A DNA stretch of 64,000 nt from Lingula anatina (Eukaryota > Animalia > Brachiopoda). Below, piece after piece: positions 47,101-61,500 of this stretch. The stretch spans positions 3,782,001-3,846,000 of the forward strand of contig CM120649.1 of the NCBI GenBank assembly GCA_051362555.1, in the 5' to 3' direction. The notes under the pieces were generated by a model that made no database searches, had not been told where the DNA came from, and saw nothing but the letters and a program-made list of their open reading frames with translations. The first letter of the stretch is position 1; the number at the start of each line of letters is the position of its first letter. A program made the position numbers and the translations under genes.

Positions 47101-50100
47101 TAGGAATTAAAAATGTATTTCTCAGATTATCAACTGGTTAGTCGTAACTTTGCGAGGTTCTCGGCTTAAGTCGTTTTGATGGAGCCAGGTTTTCATTGTG
47201 AACGCGCTCCACACGCCCTACCTGGCTGATATTCCGTCTACCTAAGAGGTAAATATTTGAACAAGAACCAGCTATCCATCGGTAAACACGAGGACCGTCG
47301 GAAAAATAGGGATCTGTGGAAGCACCTTGTACAAATACCAACAATTCTCCTTCACATGCCTATCCAAACAACAACCGCCATAGAAATTCTACAGAAAGGC
47401 TGCTAATAGTATGTGTGATAGGGGAATTATTTTGCGATCGATTTTGCCCTCGAGTAGAACCCGGGGCGCTTGGACGAGGTATGCGGGACATCGATTATCC
47501 CTCTTCGTATGAGTAGTCACGACACGAGAGAAAGGTGAACGGAGAGAGGGGAGGGGTCCCTGTTTTACTGGCCACTCCCGGTGCGGTTTGTGAATTCGGA
47601 CATTGGGATAGACGTTGATTATTCTATGAGCTTGCTGCGCTTCCGTTGGGGTATGTGAAAGTTTCCCTGAAAATACATGAAGAACAACGGATTACGGCTG
47701 CATTTTGATATCATAGAAAAGTTTACATTGTTATTCAGGAGAGGAATTCCTTATATTTTAGACCTTATCATTATGTCTGGGTAATTCATTTAGAAACACA
47801 AACTGTATGGTGGTCGACATTTTGGAAGTTATTATGATTTCACATTCATAACTGGAGACGGAAAGAGACATAATATTGATACAAAAATGATACAAGCACT
47901 GTAAGTCGTGAATGTACTGGTGAGCCTGGCGTGTCTTTCAAAATAATGGTGACGTTTGTCATATTTGTCACTGCTTAAAAGGACAGGGTAACTGCTGACA
48001 CACACACACACACACAAAAAAAAAAACAAACACTTCAATCCAACCGCCTTTTGACAGGTAATAACAAGTGACAAAAAACAGTTTCATCAAACCTACCATT
48101 AAGTCGCGATACGCTTCGAGCGTGTCCTCTTTGATGACTTAATTCTCTCCCGTGCGGGTTAATAGTTTTTGTCACGCTCAGACGTTCAAGGAATGCGCGC
48201 GATCACGAAGATATGCCGCCCGACTGGCGAAAGGACCGACCCAGTAAACTATTACAGTGAGAGAGGATTCGCATGGAGGTTGATCTAGTATGAATTGATA
48301 CATATTTCAGCCGTTTTTCGGATAAGATATATTATTTATGTACCAGAATATTGGATCTTCGCCTTGGAAAAAAGCAAGAGGATTATAGCAGGCCTACTGG
48401 AGACAACTTGATTCACCCATGCCTCAAAAAGACTGAGTGTTAGAGGCTGCTAAGATGCATCTTCCGTGTATCAGTTTTCAAGGAAAAAGTTCTGGATAGA
48501 ATTTTCCCTAAAAGCATTAGAGAAGAGGATACGTATATTTATATGAATGACTTTATTACGGTTATTAGTTGCCAAGGCCATAAAAATCGCAAGGAACAGT
48601 TAAGCTGCGTGTTCCGAAAGTAATAAAAATCTAGCTGGTGATCAGCTGACTTGTAGCCAGTAAAACCATCTGACAACGAAACAAGAAAAGGAGTTACGCC
48701 ACATTTTACAACGTGGTACGGAGTACCCGACATCTACTGGCTGAAAAAATAGACTGCTGCCATAAAAACCACTAAATCTCTGCAAGAAGCTGATTACTCA
48801 ATGGGACAAGGACTTCACCCTTCCCCACCCTCAGGGCTCGGGTATTTTTTTCTTAAGGCAATTTTCTTCAGCCAAGCGCATTTGTTCTAACCGGATCAAA
48901 ATAAACGAAGAGATTACCTACGTGTTTTACCTTTAATCCTATAAGAACTGTATATGACTTTGACTTGAATAGCGCGCAAAGACACAGGCTGCAAAAACGC
49001 CAAGATTTTTAAGCTTACGCATTGACTCTTAGCCAAAATATAAACTAAGTTAATTGCAGCGGAGTTGTTTTATAAGCATTGACGTGCGAACCAATTAACG
49101 CTGTCATTCCGTGAGGGAGTTTATGTGCATAAAAAGCACCAGTTTCACATCTGTCTGCAACAACAGCGAGATAAACTTGGGGAGAATCTTTCCATTTCCA
49201 CTCGAAGACAACTCAGTTCGCATGGCGTTCAGGAGGGTCCAACCAAGGTTCTATGATTCGTTCTACTTCAACTCTGTTTTGGTATTGTGTGAATTCTGGC
49301 TTGATATTTTTTGATAAGGTTATTATTGGGCAAATGTTTTGATACTTGATACTACACTCACGGCAAATATTATTCTGGTTGTTGAGAGACGCCTCGTTAT
49401 AATCGCTGCGAGACAGAAGGGGTTGATGGGGGTTATATGAGAGAGAGAGAGAGAGAGATGGGGAGGAGGGGGGGAATGGAGGAGCAGAAAAATGAGAGAT
49501 AAAGAGAGAGAGTGAGAGAGATGGAATTAAAAAAGGGGGAATGAGTGTATTTAAAGTGACAGACAGACAGACGGACGGACGGACAGGTGGGTGAGGATTT
49601 TATCATCGCTGAAGGCCTCATAATCCAAGCACCCTGAATCTCAGCTGTCACTGGAAACTCATATTGTGAACAGGCTGATAACAATATCGCTCGGGTGACA
49701 GTGTTTTATCTCACACATGTTCTCTGAAACACAGGGTGGATATAAGATGTTAATATACTTAGTGCTTTTCAAAGAAAAACCCGAGAAAAACAAAAGGATC
49801 CGTTCATTAACAAGTCAGTTTATGCTTGTATCTGTTGCAGCGACCTAGTGCTAATGTTAACATAGAAAGTGCTAATGAAAAAGATGCCGCAGATACATGT
49901 CCCCATCCTCTCTGCACGTACATTGTACTGTATCAGATTCTCATTAGCCGAGGATTACCTCTCGTGTTACGTGACTGTTTTATGAATGAATATTGGAATC
50001 GTATTACTGTCAACCGAGATGTAATATTTCATGTCGACAGTTGTGTCTCGCCAACACTGAGTGTATATGACATGTTAATGTAATGTCATTCAATGTACTA

Positions 50101-50569
50101 GTACTCACTTTGTTACTACCTCTGCGTCTCAGCGCTTTGAGATTCGTGCCCGTGCGTTGGTTTAATACTTATGCAAACATGATTTCCCCTCCCACATAAG
50201 TAAAACAAGAAAAAGGGAAAAAAGAAATAAATTTGGAGGACGTGAGGATGGACAGCCCTCTGATATCAGCTGCCTCTAAAATAGTATACAGATTTAAAGT
50301 ATAGGCGATACAATAAATTTGCAGTAGACTTCTAGCCGACCCGGTGACCAGAGAGTATGGATGGACAGTGTTCTGATATTATAAAAAAAAGTTGAGGGAC
50401 GGAAGTCAAGATTTTTTTGTTATTTTATAGGATAATATTAAGTATCTTACAGTTTACACTCGTAATTCTCTAACATAAAATCTGGATATTTCTTCTGACA
50501 GTTTGGAGTCATAGGCATATTGGAAGTTATTATGATTTCATTAATAACTAGACACAGGGTGTAGGAAAG

Positions 50570-50607
<38 letters not shown>

Positions 50608-50885
50608 TGAGAGAGAGAGAGAGGAAAAGACGGATTGATGGATGGATGGAAGGACAGACAGATTACAAACACGATAATCATATACGTTCTTTATTTTTGT
50701 TCATTTGTTAATATATTAATCCATTCAAATTTAGTGCACCTGCTCCTTTAAATGTAAAGCTACAGTGAAATATAGCTAATCTGCATTACAATGTTCATAT
50801 TTTCAAGCGTTACTGCTTCACTGCTGTTTGCCTGTTGGACTGTTAAGACGTCTACTTTTATCATTTTAGATCTCGGCGAGGGAGC

Positions 50886-51019
50886 ATGTCAAATTCGTCA
50901 TCAGGGAGTGAAGGTAAGTCTGTAACTTAATTTCAGTTTAACTGAAGTATCTAAACATGTATAAAGATATGTAGAACAATATATGGAGTATATCAGTGCT
51001 ATGGCGTTATAAGGAATGT

Positions 51020-51065
<46 letters not shown>

Positions 51066-53619
51066 GAATCAGTCAAACAAATTGGAAATTAGACTCTGGT
51101 ACTCCAGAAGAAGAAAGTTAAGAGACAATTTTGTTACCTTCGGTTCTTGTAAAAAGTGGGTGGGGATAAGAATTGGGGGTGGGGGTTGTGTCCTCTTACA
51201 TGTACATTATAGACCCCCCCCCCTTTTAGTTGCCTACATGTATAGAAAGTGTTCTTAAATGTTAATTCTAAAAAAGAGATGGACTGTAGTTTTAATAAGT
51301 ATTATTATCACCATAGTTGAAATAAGTAAATCTGTTTCTCGTGAGAAACTTTCTGAAAATGTTGTAATATTGTAATGTATATTTATACGGTTCATTTTTG
51401 ACATTTACTGCTGCCGTTAAAGACATTTATTTGCGTTAGTTTTTATAGCAATAAATGGCGAGATAAAATGCTGAGGGATCATTTTCAGCTCGTATATTTC
51501 TTTTTGTGTCTGCACGTTTTGAAAAGAGAAACTATCAACCTCACTGTTCAAACAGATGTCAAACGTTTAAATCGTCATATTTGATTTTATTTAAAGTAAT
51601 CTTCGCTCCAGTTCAATTTGTATATTTCATTAAGCACAAGGCTCATGAATATAATATGCGTTTGTTTGTTTAGACGGAAATTTCTAATAAAAGACGATGA
51701 GACAAAAAAGAATACAGTCACACAAACAATCACATACTGCCAACGTCTTGTGCAATGGCGAATCTGCCCATTTTCCACCCACACCCCACCTCCCAAAAAA
51801 ACATATGCTTACCCAAATCGCTTTTACTCCGTATATATTACTATAACACTGTATTTGCCATGTACCGTATGCGACTTTCATGACATTGACATGCATACCA
51901 CGTTGTGATTAATGTTATTGATTAAATCAGGAAATATTGAACTTTGCCAGAGAAGAACAATACACAGGAGTGTCGAGCGTTCAGTAAGGCCAAGGGGAAA
52001 ATTGACGTTTTCTTGTTCGCCAGTTAAACTTTCTATATCCAATTAAATCGGGTCATTGGTTCATTTAAATTTGCTCTCTTGGGTGCGTCGGTTCTCACCC
52101 AAAATTAAACAAGTGGAATTTACAAGTACAGCGCATTAATCATTGCATAATATGTTGACTCACAATTAAAAAGCACACATACTTTTGTTTTTCGCTGTCG
52201 GTTCTTACAAACATATACGTACGGACCCTTTGGCACAGGTTTTGATAATGGCGTAATTATTTTCTACGAAACAAGTATTTAACCCATAGGGATCGAAATA
52301 AATGGCTTGGTGTTTTCTTTTTTCCTTTTAATTTATCTATTTTTGCTTGCTATACTGTAGTCGGGGGAGGGGGGGGGGGGAGGTGCACCTAGCCTCTTTG
52401 CACCCTCCCAACTTCTGTCCAGAGTTCTCCTCTAACTGTAACAAATGTCTTTATTAAACTTTCATATATTTCGTAATATATATATATATATACCAGCAGC
52501 TGTAGAAGAGCTTTGATAGAGGTCGCAGCTCCCTTTTGCGTGCTATCAATTTTTTTTTAATTTGAAATTAGAATATGCAAATATTCAATTTTAAATTTGG
52601 GGCAGCACAGATTGTAATTTGCTGGTATGGCTTTGTATACTTTTATTGTTTTGTTTTTTTTTCGACTTTTTGTGTATGCATTCCGTTTATACGTCACGAT
52701 TTATATAAGTAATATAATTTTTTTAATTGCAGTTAGTAGCAATACACCCCGATCAGAAAGTGAAAACGTCAGCGTCGCCGGCTCCGACACCACCGACTCA
52801 CGTGACCCCTCCTCGGATCCTTATAGGCTGACTGTTCATTTTCTAGCCAATCCAGGCAAAGGAGACACTTTGTTGAACTTATACAATCCGATTTTTGATT
52901 GGGTGGAGACGGATTTGAGATTATTTACAGTGACAGAGAGACAGCAGCCCTTGTATAGTGATCAAAATCACGATGCTTGTTTGACGATCCCCAGTCTCGC
53001 CATTTTAGCGTTCTTATATGAAGACGAACTTCTTGGGAACAAGAAAATCACCGCCTCCAGAAAGCATTTCGAAACGGATCCGTGGATATTGCACCATTCA
53101 GAAAGCGTTGGAGCTGGGCGAATAAACCCATACCCGCATAATAGTCAGGACTTCTTTTTTACCACAGACGACTTTCCCTTATGGGGTGCAAGACAGGTGC
53201 ATTATGGGAAGGAGCATATCCGATTTCTACGTTTTGTCAGTCAGACAAACTGGGAAGACACGATAGATTTTTATAAACTGATTTTAGACTGCGAACCAAA
53301 CGTGGAGAAGTCAGACTTCTGTGCGTTTACCATATATTCTCACACAAATTACGATGTGCAGTTTGCACTGAAACGATTGCCTCAGGATATTCACCCCCAC
53401 CCGACGGACTCTGCCATTTTGCAGTTCCGTGTCCCGGATGTAGGTCAGATCGTACCGCTGTTTCCAAATGTCTGCAGCCCGCTTTCGGACACGCGGTGGC
53501 AGACGAAAGATCACGATGGCAACACAATCATTTTACAGGTCACAGAGACGCCACCAGTTGTGGGACGCTTTTCGTCGCGGCGGAGCTCCTCAAACACTAA
53601 AGTTGGTTTCTTTGTATGA
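50886..53619 (+). CDS. FAM124A: FAM124 family protein
   Basis: Exon 50870-50913 (ATG 50886, MSNSSSGSE; donor gtaagt) joins in phase 1 to exon 52733-53619. Motifs DPYRLTVHFLANPG, LFTVTER, PWILHHSE, SQDFF, LWGARQVHYGKE, FYKLIL, DFCAF, QFALKRLP, LQFRVPDVGQIVPLFPNVCSPLS and WQTKDHDGN match remembered FAM124A/B. Confidence 0.9.
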
Positions 53620-55598
53620 CAGAGAAATCCGTTATTAAAGGCTGTATCGATATAGATATGTAATGCGTACATTTGTTATTTTGAGCATCAAAAGGCAGCT
53701 GATAATTTTACTGAATATTTCAATAGCACTAAAAGTTGTAACCAGGCTTTTTACCCTTTGATGGCCAAATATATGAAATTGACGAGGGCAATTATTACCA
53801 TCGGTATAATATGCAGAGCACAGGGATTATTAAATTGCTTGTTTTCAAATGTCTGCTTTCGCTTGTTAAACTGTACTGTATAACACTGTATTATACTGTA
53901 CTATTGAAGAGGTGGCATGAGACAGACCCCTCCCCCTCCCCCCCCTCCCCTCCCCCCCCTCCCCCTCCCCCTCCCCCCCCCCCCCCCCTTCGCCCCGATC
54001 GCCCACTGAAGGGCGCACTTAGACCGATGCACCATCATATTTATAACGGCTTATATTGTCGTGATGCAAAACTTTTTGGACCCACCGTCTCTTTAATGTT
54101 AATATACCATGCTTCTTAGTAAAAATATGATAGCGTGAACCAAAACAAAAGACAATTTGGGGGCATAATTATCAACACCCAGCAATGTTTACTAAACACG
54201 ATTTCATTGACATGTATTTATATCATCGCGCATAGAATTAATATGTAATCGCATTATATGTTCATGTTATTTATTCTACTTCCTTATTGAAGTAAAATAT
54301 TTATAAAATTAAATTGACTTTGTTGTTTTGTCTACGTGCATGCGTTAGTGTGTTTACGTTGGTTGAAACGCATTTGGAAGTAGGCTATATGCCTTTGCAA
54401 GAGTTACTCAAAAATAGAAATTTGGGACTCTTCAACGGCTTCGAAGTGCATAATATTTTTGACATCCTTTAAAAAAGGTATACATTGGCGATATAGAAAA
54501 AATAATGGAATGTTTAGTAATTTATATATCCTCACATAAAAGTGTCCAACGCCTATTCTATACCGTTTAAATACCTGATTGCGCGTGCACAATCAATCGA
54601 CAGGCCCACGACGTGATTGCGTTAGTTGAGCTAGCAATAAGAAAATAGCTGAGCACATCCCCGTGTAACTTCGCGCGCTCTAAAATAAATTCGCCTCCTT
54701 ACAATTTCTTGAAACCAGGGAAGTGATAAACACCAAAATATTATCTGATTTTGTGCATGCATTTAGATGGACATAAAAGTGGACTTGTTTCAGCATCAAA
54801 AATAAATTTCACAATAGTTAATGAACTTACTACGAGATCACAACTCAAATTCAAAAGAAAATCGATGAACAAAAGACAACCGCTCTATATCTGATCTCTC
54901 TGTACTAATTGCATATCAGGATTAGGTAGAAGAATGTATTGGAACATCCTCCCTTACCCCTCCCCTCCTCCTTCCTTTGTGTGTTACATGCCTGAGGGTG
55001 ACCCCGGGGGGATGTGGTCAACCAGCCACGCCCTCCGCCCCATATATCTCCTTACACGTGATGCGGATGTGAAAATGACCAATGTCCACTCTGCACACGA
55101 CAGACGGAAATAGAGTCAATGAATCATCATCACTTTATTAAGTATGGACACCGGAGTCTAAGCAGTTACTTTAAGTGAGCCTAAGCTTTTGCGAAACGCG
55201 TGGGAGCTAATCTGTAACATCGTCTCAAGTTTATTAAAACAACTTATCAAAATTAAGGAAACAATTTTTGAAGGCCAGCTTGAGGAAAAGCTTTTTGGAA
55301 AAACCAGTTGTCAAATGCAAGTTAACGGACGTGGCGGATGAAATCGACTGAGGATATTATATTTAAAAACACGTTTGTATAAGCGACAAGCTGAAACTGT
55401 GGTTCAGAAAAAAATTCAGAAGGCAATATTACATTGTTTCTTGAGACCAACAAATTATCAACGGCGAGACAATACAAAAACAATACATTGTTTACAGTAG
55501 TGTCAACACTGGGCAAATCTGTACAAAGCAAAGCAAAGCAGGAGATCATTGGATAAAAGAATTCCCGAAAGCAACAAGAACCATACTAAAAAAAGAAA

Positions 55599-58500
55599 AT
55601 GACAAGGACGAAATTATCAACGCTTTATGCGACTTTAATATTACAGCTATGTATTTATGTCTACTCACAAATTACAGGTAAGTGGACAGAAAGGTACAGA
55701 ATAAAAAATAACTTAATTGATCATTTTAGCCTTACTAATGAATTAAAACAGAAAATAGCAGGTGCATGATATTATACGAGAAGAAAAAAGATGCCCTAGT
55801 GTTAATAAGTAAACAACAACTACAATTGCATAAACATTGCTGTTGGGAGGGCAGGTGTCACAAAGAACATCTTGTTTGACTCCTTTTTATGGACCATTGC
55901 TCAACAGTTTCCTACACTTGAATTCGATTTTTTTACCATTTGATATTTCTTCAGAGCCAGGTTTGCTGGTGGTGACAGAGGACCCCCCAGGGAGCGGTAA
56001 CATACAGGGGGAAGTCACTGGGTTACCGGCGGGGTATGGCTGGATACTTACCTTGAAATTCGCACAGGCGGTCGAGAGCTTTCAGGTACGACAGGCAAAA
56101 AATCTTAACAGTTTACTTCTAATCTAGGTCCACTTTCGTGAAAAGAGTGTACATAAAGAGTCAAGAGTAGTTACCGTAGGCCCTATTGACTTGTAAAATG
56201 ATTAGCAGAATGTGTATGCCATTTACATGATATATATATATATACCATGTGCATTGTTTTTTCAATGTTTATTATTTGTCTGCTGTAAAGCTGCTTCTTT
56301 GCGATAATCTATATACAGATTGTTATGATTTTATACGAATGCGCCTGTATCGTAGATATAAAAGCGAATAGGGATTCCAAGATGATACAACATCAGGGTT
56401 CAGTATCACACACTATCATAAAAACAAGCTCAGTTACACAAACCTTAAACAAGGTTTTGCACAATTTCAAAATCAAAGTCCTACCTTGAAACACAACTGT
56501 CTCTATATTAAAGCCATAAGGTATGACGTCACATTTCACGTCACAAAGATTTTGATCTACGTCTGATGACGTAAATACTGTACATGTCTCATCTGTATGT
56601 CGGTAAAGCTGGGCATGTTTGTCTTGAATACTTTTGCCTTTGTGTAATATGTTATATGGAGTATGACTAATATTCCCGGCTCATTTTGCAACAGAGCCCG
56701 GAGCAAAAGACGAGTAACATCTCAATTAGGGGAGACTGTATGGCTTAGCTGTGGGCCCATAAATTACAAGCACGTTATGTGAACTAGGATATATTTGACT
56801 GATTTATACTTTTTTTCAAAAAAAAAAAAATGTACGTTTTTCAACATGCTTTTACCAATGAACTGGCGTTCAATAGTGCTGATGAATGGATATCCTTCAA
56901 TGCGTTTAAAATATATCAGATATTTCCTTTAATCGCCAACGTATAACCTACCCGTGCAAATAGAACATTTTTACTGTGCTCTAACTTACTAAATTTTTGT
57001 CGCTAAAAATGTTTCCATCTTCCATCTTCATAACCAAAGTGGCTCTTTATCAAACGTGTTTTATATCGTCATTTTGTTAACCGTTTTGGATATGGTTTAT
57101 GCAGATCCAGCATAAAGGTAATTCAACTAATGATTCTACATGTAGTTAAATGATAAGGCCTACATGTATGTTCATAACTTGTAGCACTTTTTGTCAAAAA
57201 TATGTAGGTATAAAGATAAGCCACAACAGATACATGAATCGATAAACCTAAATACGTGTACTCTTATACAAGTGATATATGAAGTAAAATTATATAATTA
57301 TAGAGTCCCACCCACATAAAGATCGATGAGTCGGTGTACGTGATATACGAGGACTCCGCCAGCAGCAGTGAAAGGGCGGAATTTACTGCCGTATTAAGCG
57401 GACCTCTCCAAGACAAGCCCGTCTCCTGGTTGGTTGGACAGGGAGCCGGAGGTAAATTATTCCTTATAACTAGTAACTTTTACATCGTATGGTTCTTTGA
57501 TACTAAAAACGAATAAAACTGGCTCTGCAAGAAGACTTCCAAATTAAAGTATAGTACGTATTTTTTCATTAAAAATCTTATTGATAAAAAAGCTGCAAAG
57601 TTGATAGTTTTAAGGAATATAGAATTTAAAAACTATTACATATTCCCCGTCCATTTTATGCCTTGGATCCACCTGCAGCGAGCCTTATAAAAAGCGTATA
57701 AACGCTTTTACTAGTATGTACCGCTTGCATGTAACATACAGCACTATTCTTTGAATTATCCCATCATTCGAAACAAAAATAATAATCACAGTATTTTATT
57801 TATTTATTTATTTTCGTGTCAGGTGTATTCCAAGTATTCGGATGTGGAGAGCAGGGGTTCTTACTCCAATGCCCGGCGGAAACGGAAGTTATCATCACCA
57901 TGGGAACAGAGGGAATAGCTAACTCTTCCACGACAACTCATCCAAATCACGGCAGATGTTATCACGTAGAAGGTGATTGCAATCAGGCTATAAAGGTATG
58001 TGCCGTAAATAAGAATTGGAGGGAAACTTCTATTGGCGTTTGATTGGTGTAAAAACAAGTTTAGGTAAATGAAGCATTTTCAAAATGAACGTTATTTTCA
58101 AGTAATCGCGTGTACACTCGTGTTTAAAAAATGAAGGCAAATTGTGAGACAACAATGGATTTTGATACTGGGTAGGACCGCATTTAATTTTCCTGAACAT
58201 CTGGACAAGGCCAAAGAAAATATCGAATGTAAAGATACGATTAACATCTTTTTTTAAAAAAAGTATCTCTCTCTTACAAATCACCAACACCACCATCACC
58301 GTTGTTATCATTCTTTCCAACAGAATTTGTTGTTTCCTTACTCAAATAAACTGTAAAGCAGACTGGCCTAGTGTTTAGAGTACATCAGGCAATAAATTCA
58401 ACTTAATATATTGTTTTATCACAGGACGTTGTCGTGGAAACTTACAGCCCCACTCAAGTATACGTTGGTTTCAAGCCCAGTGAAATGACGTGTCACGGAC

Positions 58501-61500
58501 GGCAAGAGACCAGCGACTACGTCCACATCACTTACGTCTGCGCACCCCCTGCGTCCACTACTGCGAGCCCCGAAAGTTCCTCAACGACGCCAAGCGGTAC
58601 TGTCGCTCTTCCAACAACTACCGCTCCGCCCTCGTCAGGTGGATCGGCGTCTCAACCGGTTGGATGGATAAGAGGTATAGAACCCTGGGATATAATCATT
58701 TATTGATTTTCAAATTTTTTTGGATTTAAGAGAATATTGCTTCATAGGGATAGAACAGAAAAAGAAAGCAAAAATCTTACGTAACCCTTTTCAATTATTT
58801 TAATCTACCTTTCTGTCCATCTGTCTGTCTGTCTTCTTAATTTACCTATTTATTTCTGTATCCCCTTTTCTCTCATTTTCAGAGCCAGGTTTGCTAGCGG
58901 TTACGGAGGACCCCCCAGGGAGCGGAAATATTCATGGAGAAGTCACAGGGCTACCGGCGGGAGAGGGGTGGATATTGACCTTAAATTTTACACAGGAAGT
59001 GGACACCTTCCAGGTGACTGATCTCTATTCCTACAGTCTTCAGATCACGATTTGTAATTCGGTCTTTAGAGAGGATATTATCCTTCGCTCTTTTGTTCGC
59101 TTAAAATACGGTATTGATTATAGGAGAAGTCGCAAATTGTAGGCTACATGTAAGCCTATACATTTTTCCATGATTTTAAATATGCAACTTTGTCTAAAAA
59201 ACAACTTTTTTTAACGCGAAGAATACAACTTTATGAATAATTTATTAATGTGACGGTAAAAAGAATAATTTCAAAACTTATTGACATGTAATCATTTTTT
59301 ATATTCAGTTTAATAGAAATTATTTCCATTCAATTAATCTGTTCTCTAGAGCCCCACGGGTGTCCGGCTGAACAACGTGACTGTAGTCCTGTACGAGAAC
59401 CCCGTGTCCAGCAGTGACCGGGCAGCGTTCAACGCCACTTTGGCCGCCCCACTAAAGGGACACGGGGCCAAACTGACCAGCCAGGGAGCGGCAGGTAATA
59501 GGATTGTGTGAACTAAATTGCCACATAATGATTTGTTTCGTTTATTTTTATTTTGATATTATTACGCTACTAAATTAAAACAATCCTCTCTCTCTATCTC
59601 TCCCTCTCTCCCTCTCTCTCTTATTGGCAATCTTAAGCACAATACTTGTATCACATGCTTCACTGGTAATGTTACATCTTGTTAACCGTTATTTATCTGC
59701 GGCGTACACCTGGCATCTAGACATATTTCAAGTGGTTTCAGATTTTGTTTTCATTACAATTATCTATTATATTACAAGGCCTTTTTCAATCGTTCGGCTG
59801 CGGGGACCAAGAATTACTTCTTTCGTGTCCCACGGGCACGGAAGTATTCATCACCATGGGAACGGAAGGTAAAGCCGACTCCTCGGTGTCAACTCACCCA
59901 AATGCAGGAAGGTGCTACTACGCCAATGGGGACTGCAATCAAGCTATTAAGGTGCACATCATATAGGCCTATGTGTAGTATATAGATAATAGGAAATAAT
60001 TTCATTAAAACTGTGATTGAAATTGGACATAATAACGAATTTTGTCCATGGATTAAAGTAATATAAGATATGATTAAAAGTTGATCGATATTATCGCAAA
60101 AGTAAAAATAAGCATCTTAAAATATGTGAGGTCTTTCCATTAACGCTACTTCATTGGTATGAGACAGGGTCGTCGTTTTATTTCGATTTATTTTAATAAC
60201 TCACTCATTCCTGTTTTTTATCTCCCTTAGAATGTTGCTGTGGAAACGATCACCTTAAACCAACAGCTTGTCACTTTCAAGCCTAGCGAGATGACTTGTG
60301 GTGACGAGCAGGTGATAAGTGATTACGTTCATATTTCCTACATCTGCGTGGAGTCGTCTGCTACCACAAGTAACCCGGATGTAACAGGGGGTGAAGCAGC
60401 AACAAGCACAGCCGCTCCTACGTTGCCTACCACTGAAAGTACGCCTACTACGATGCCTACGACTGCTGTTCATCTTACTACGTTGCCTCCCCCCGTTCCA
60501 ACAGCAGCATTGGATCCCGCTGATGGTACGTTCAGTATATAATAACAACAATAATAATAGTAGTTGTATAATAATAGTAATTGATAAATATATTAGCGTT
60601 TTCATATTTAATGCGAAACACGAAACATCTTTTCGAAAGCAGAGATCCGAAAGTTTTACTGATTTGATTCCTTTTTGTTAGGCCCTGGTTTGCTGGTGGT
60701 AACGGAGAATCCTCCAGGAAGCGGGAACATCCAAGGTGCTGTCAGTGGACTCCCGCCGAGTGAAGGCTGGAGCGTTACACTTAAGTTTTCTGAAGCACCA
60801 AAGGATTTCCAGGTAAGCTACTTAGTTAAATAACAGGCGTATTATAAACATTACATTTGCACAACAAGCGAAACTGTAACAGTGCTAAATTACCTCGAGA
60901 CAGCAATTACAGTACAGTAGGCCTAATCACCACATGCCATTAAGATCCTTACACATAGGATACTCAGAACAAGATGCCGATGCAATTCTGAGTATATGGA
61001 ACAAGTTCTTGTAAGCGACACTTTTGCAGAATTCAACGTTTTTTAAATTCAATTCTGATGGTTCCTGAGATTCGTCAAGGTTAAGTGTTTTTTTTTTTAA
61101 TATTTTTATATTATTTATACACACTTACTTCTCTCTCTCTCACACACACACACAGACACTTATAACTACTACTGATGGCTCATCATTTTCATTAGTAAAT
61201 AAGCACAGCATTTTTTCTCTATCATAGATAGCATTCGATGTCCCTAAAGGACAGATGTCCCCCATTTTTTTATTTACTGTAAATGTAATATTTTACCTGG
61301 GAAATCAATGAATTCAATTTCTCATCATTATTTCCGAGGATAATATCCCTTTTCTTCCCTAAACCAGTTTTCGATTTGCTTCCACAAATTTTTTGCGAGA
61401 TTACAATCTATGAATAAATGTTCATCTTTTTCCATCCTTGTGCTACATAAATTGCAATGAGGATTATCCGCTATTTTATATTTGAACAGTAAGTATTTTG

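Noticed and set aside
52627-52732. Hydrophobic N-terminus of the 330-aa ORF suggesting a membrane anchor on FAM124
   Set aside because: It is T-rich intron sequence upstream of the acceptor at 52731-52732.
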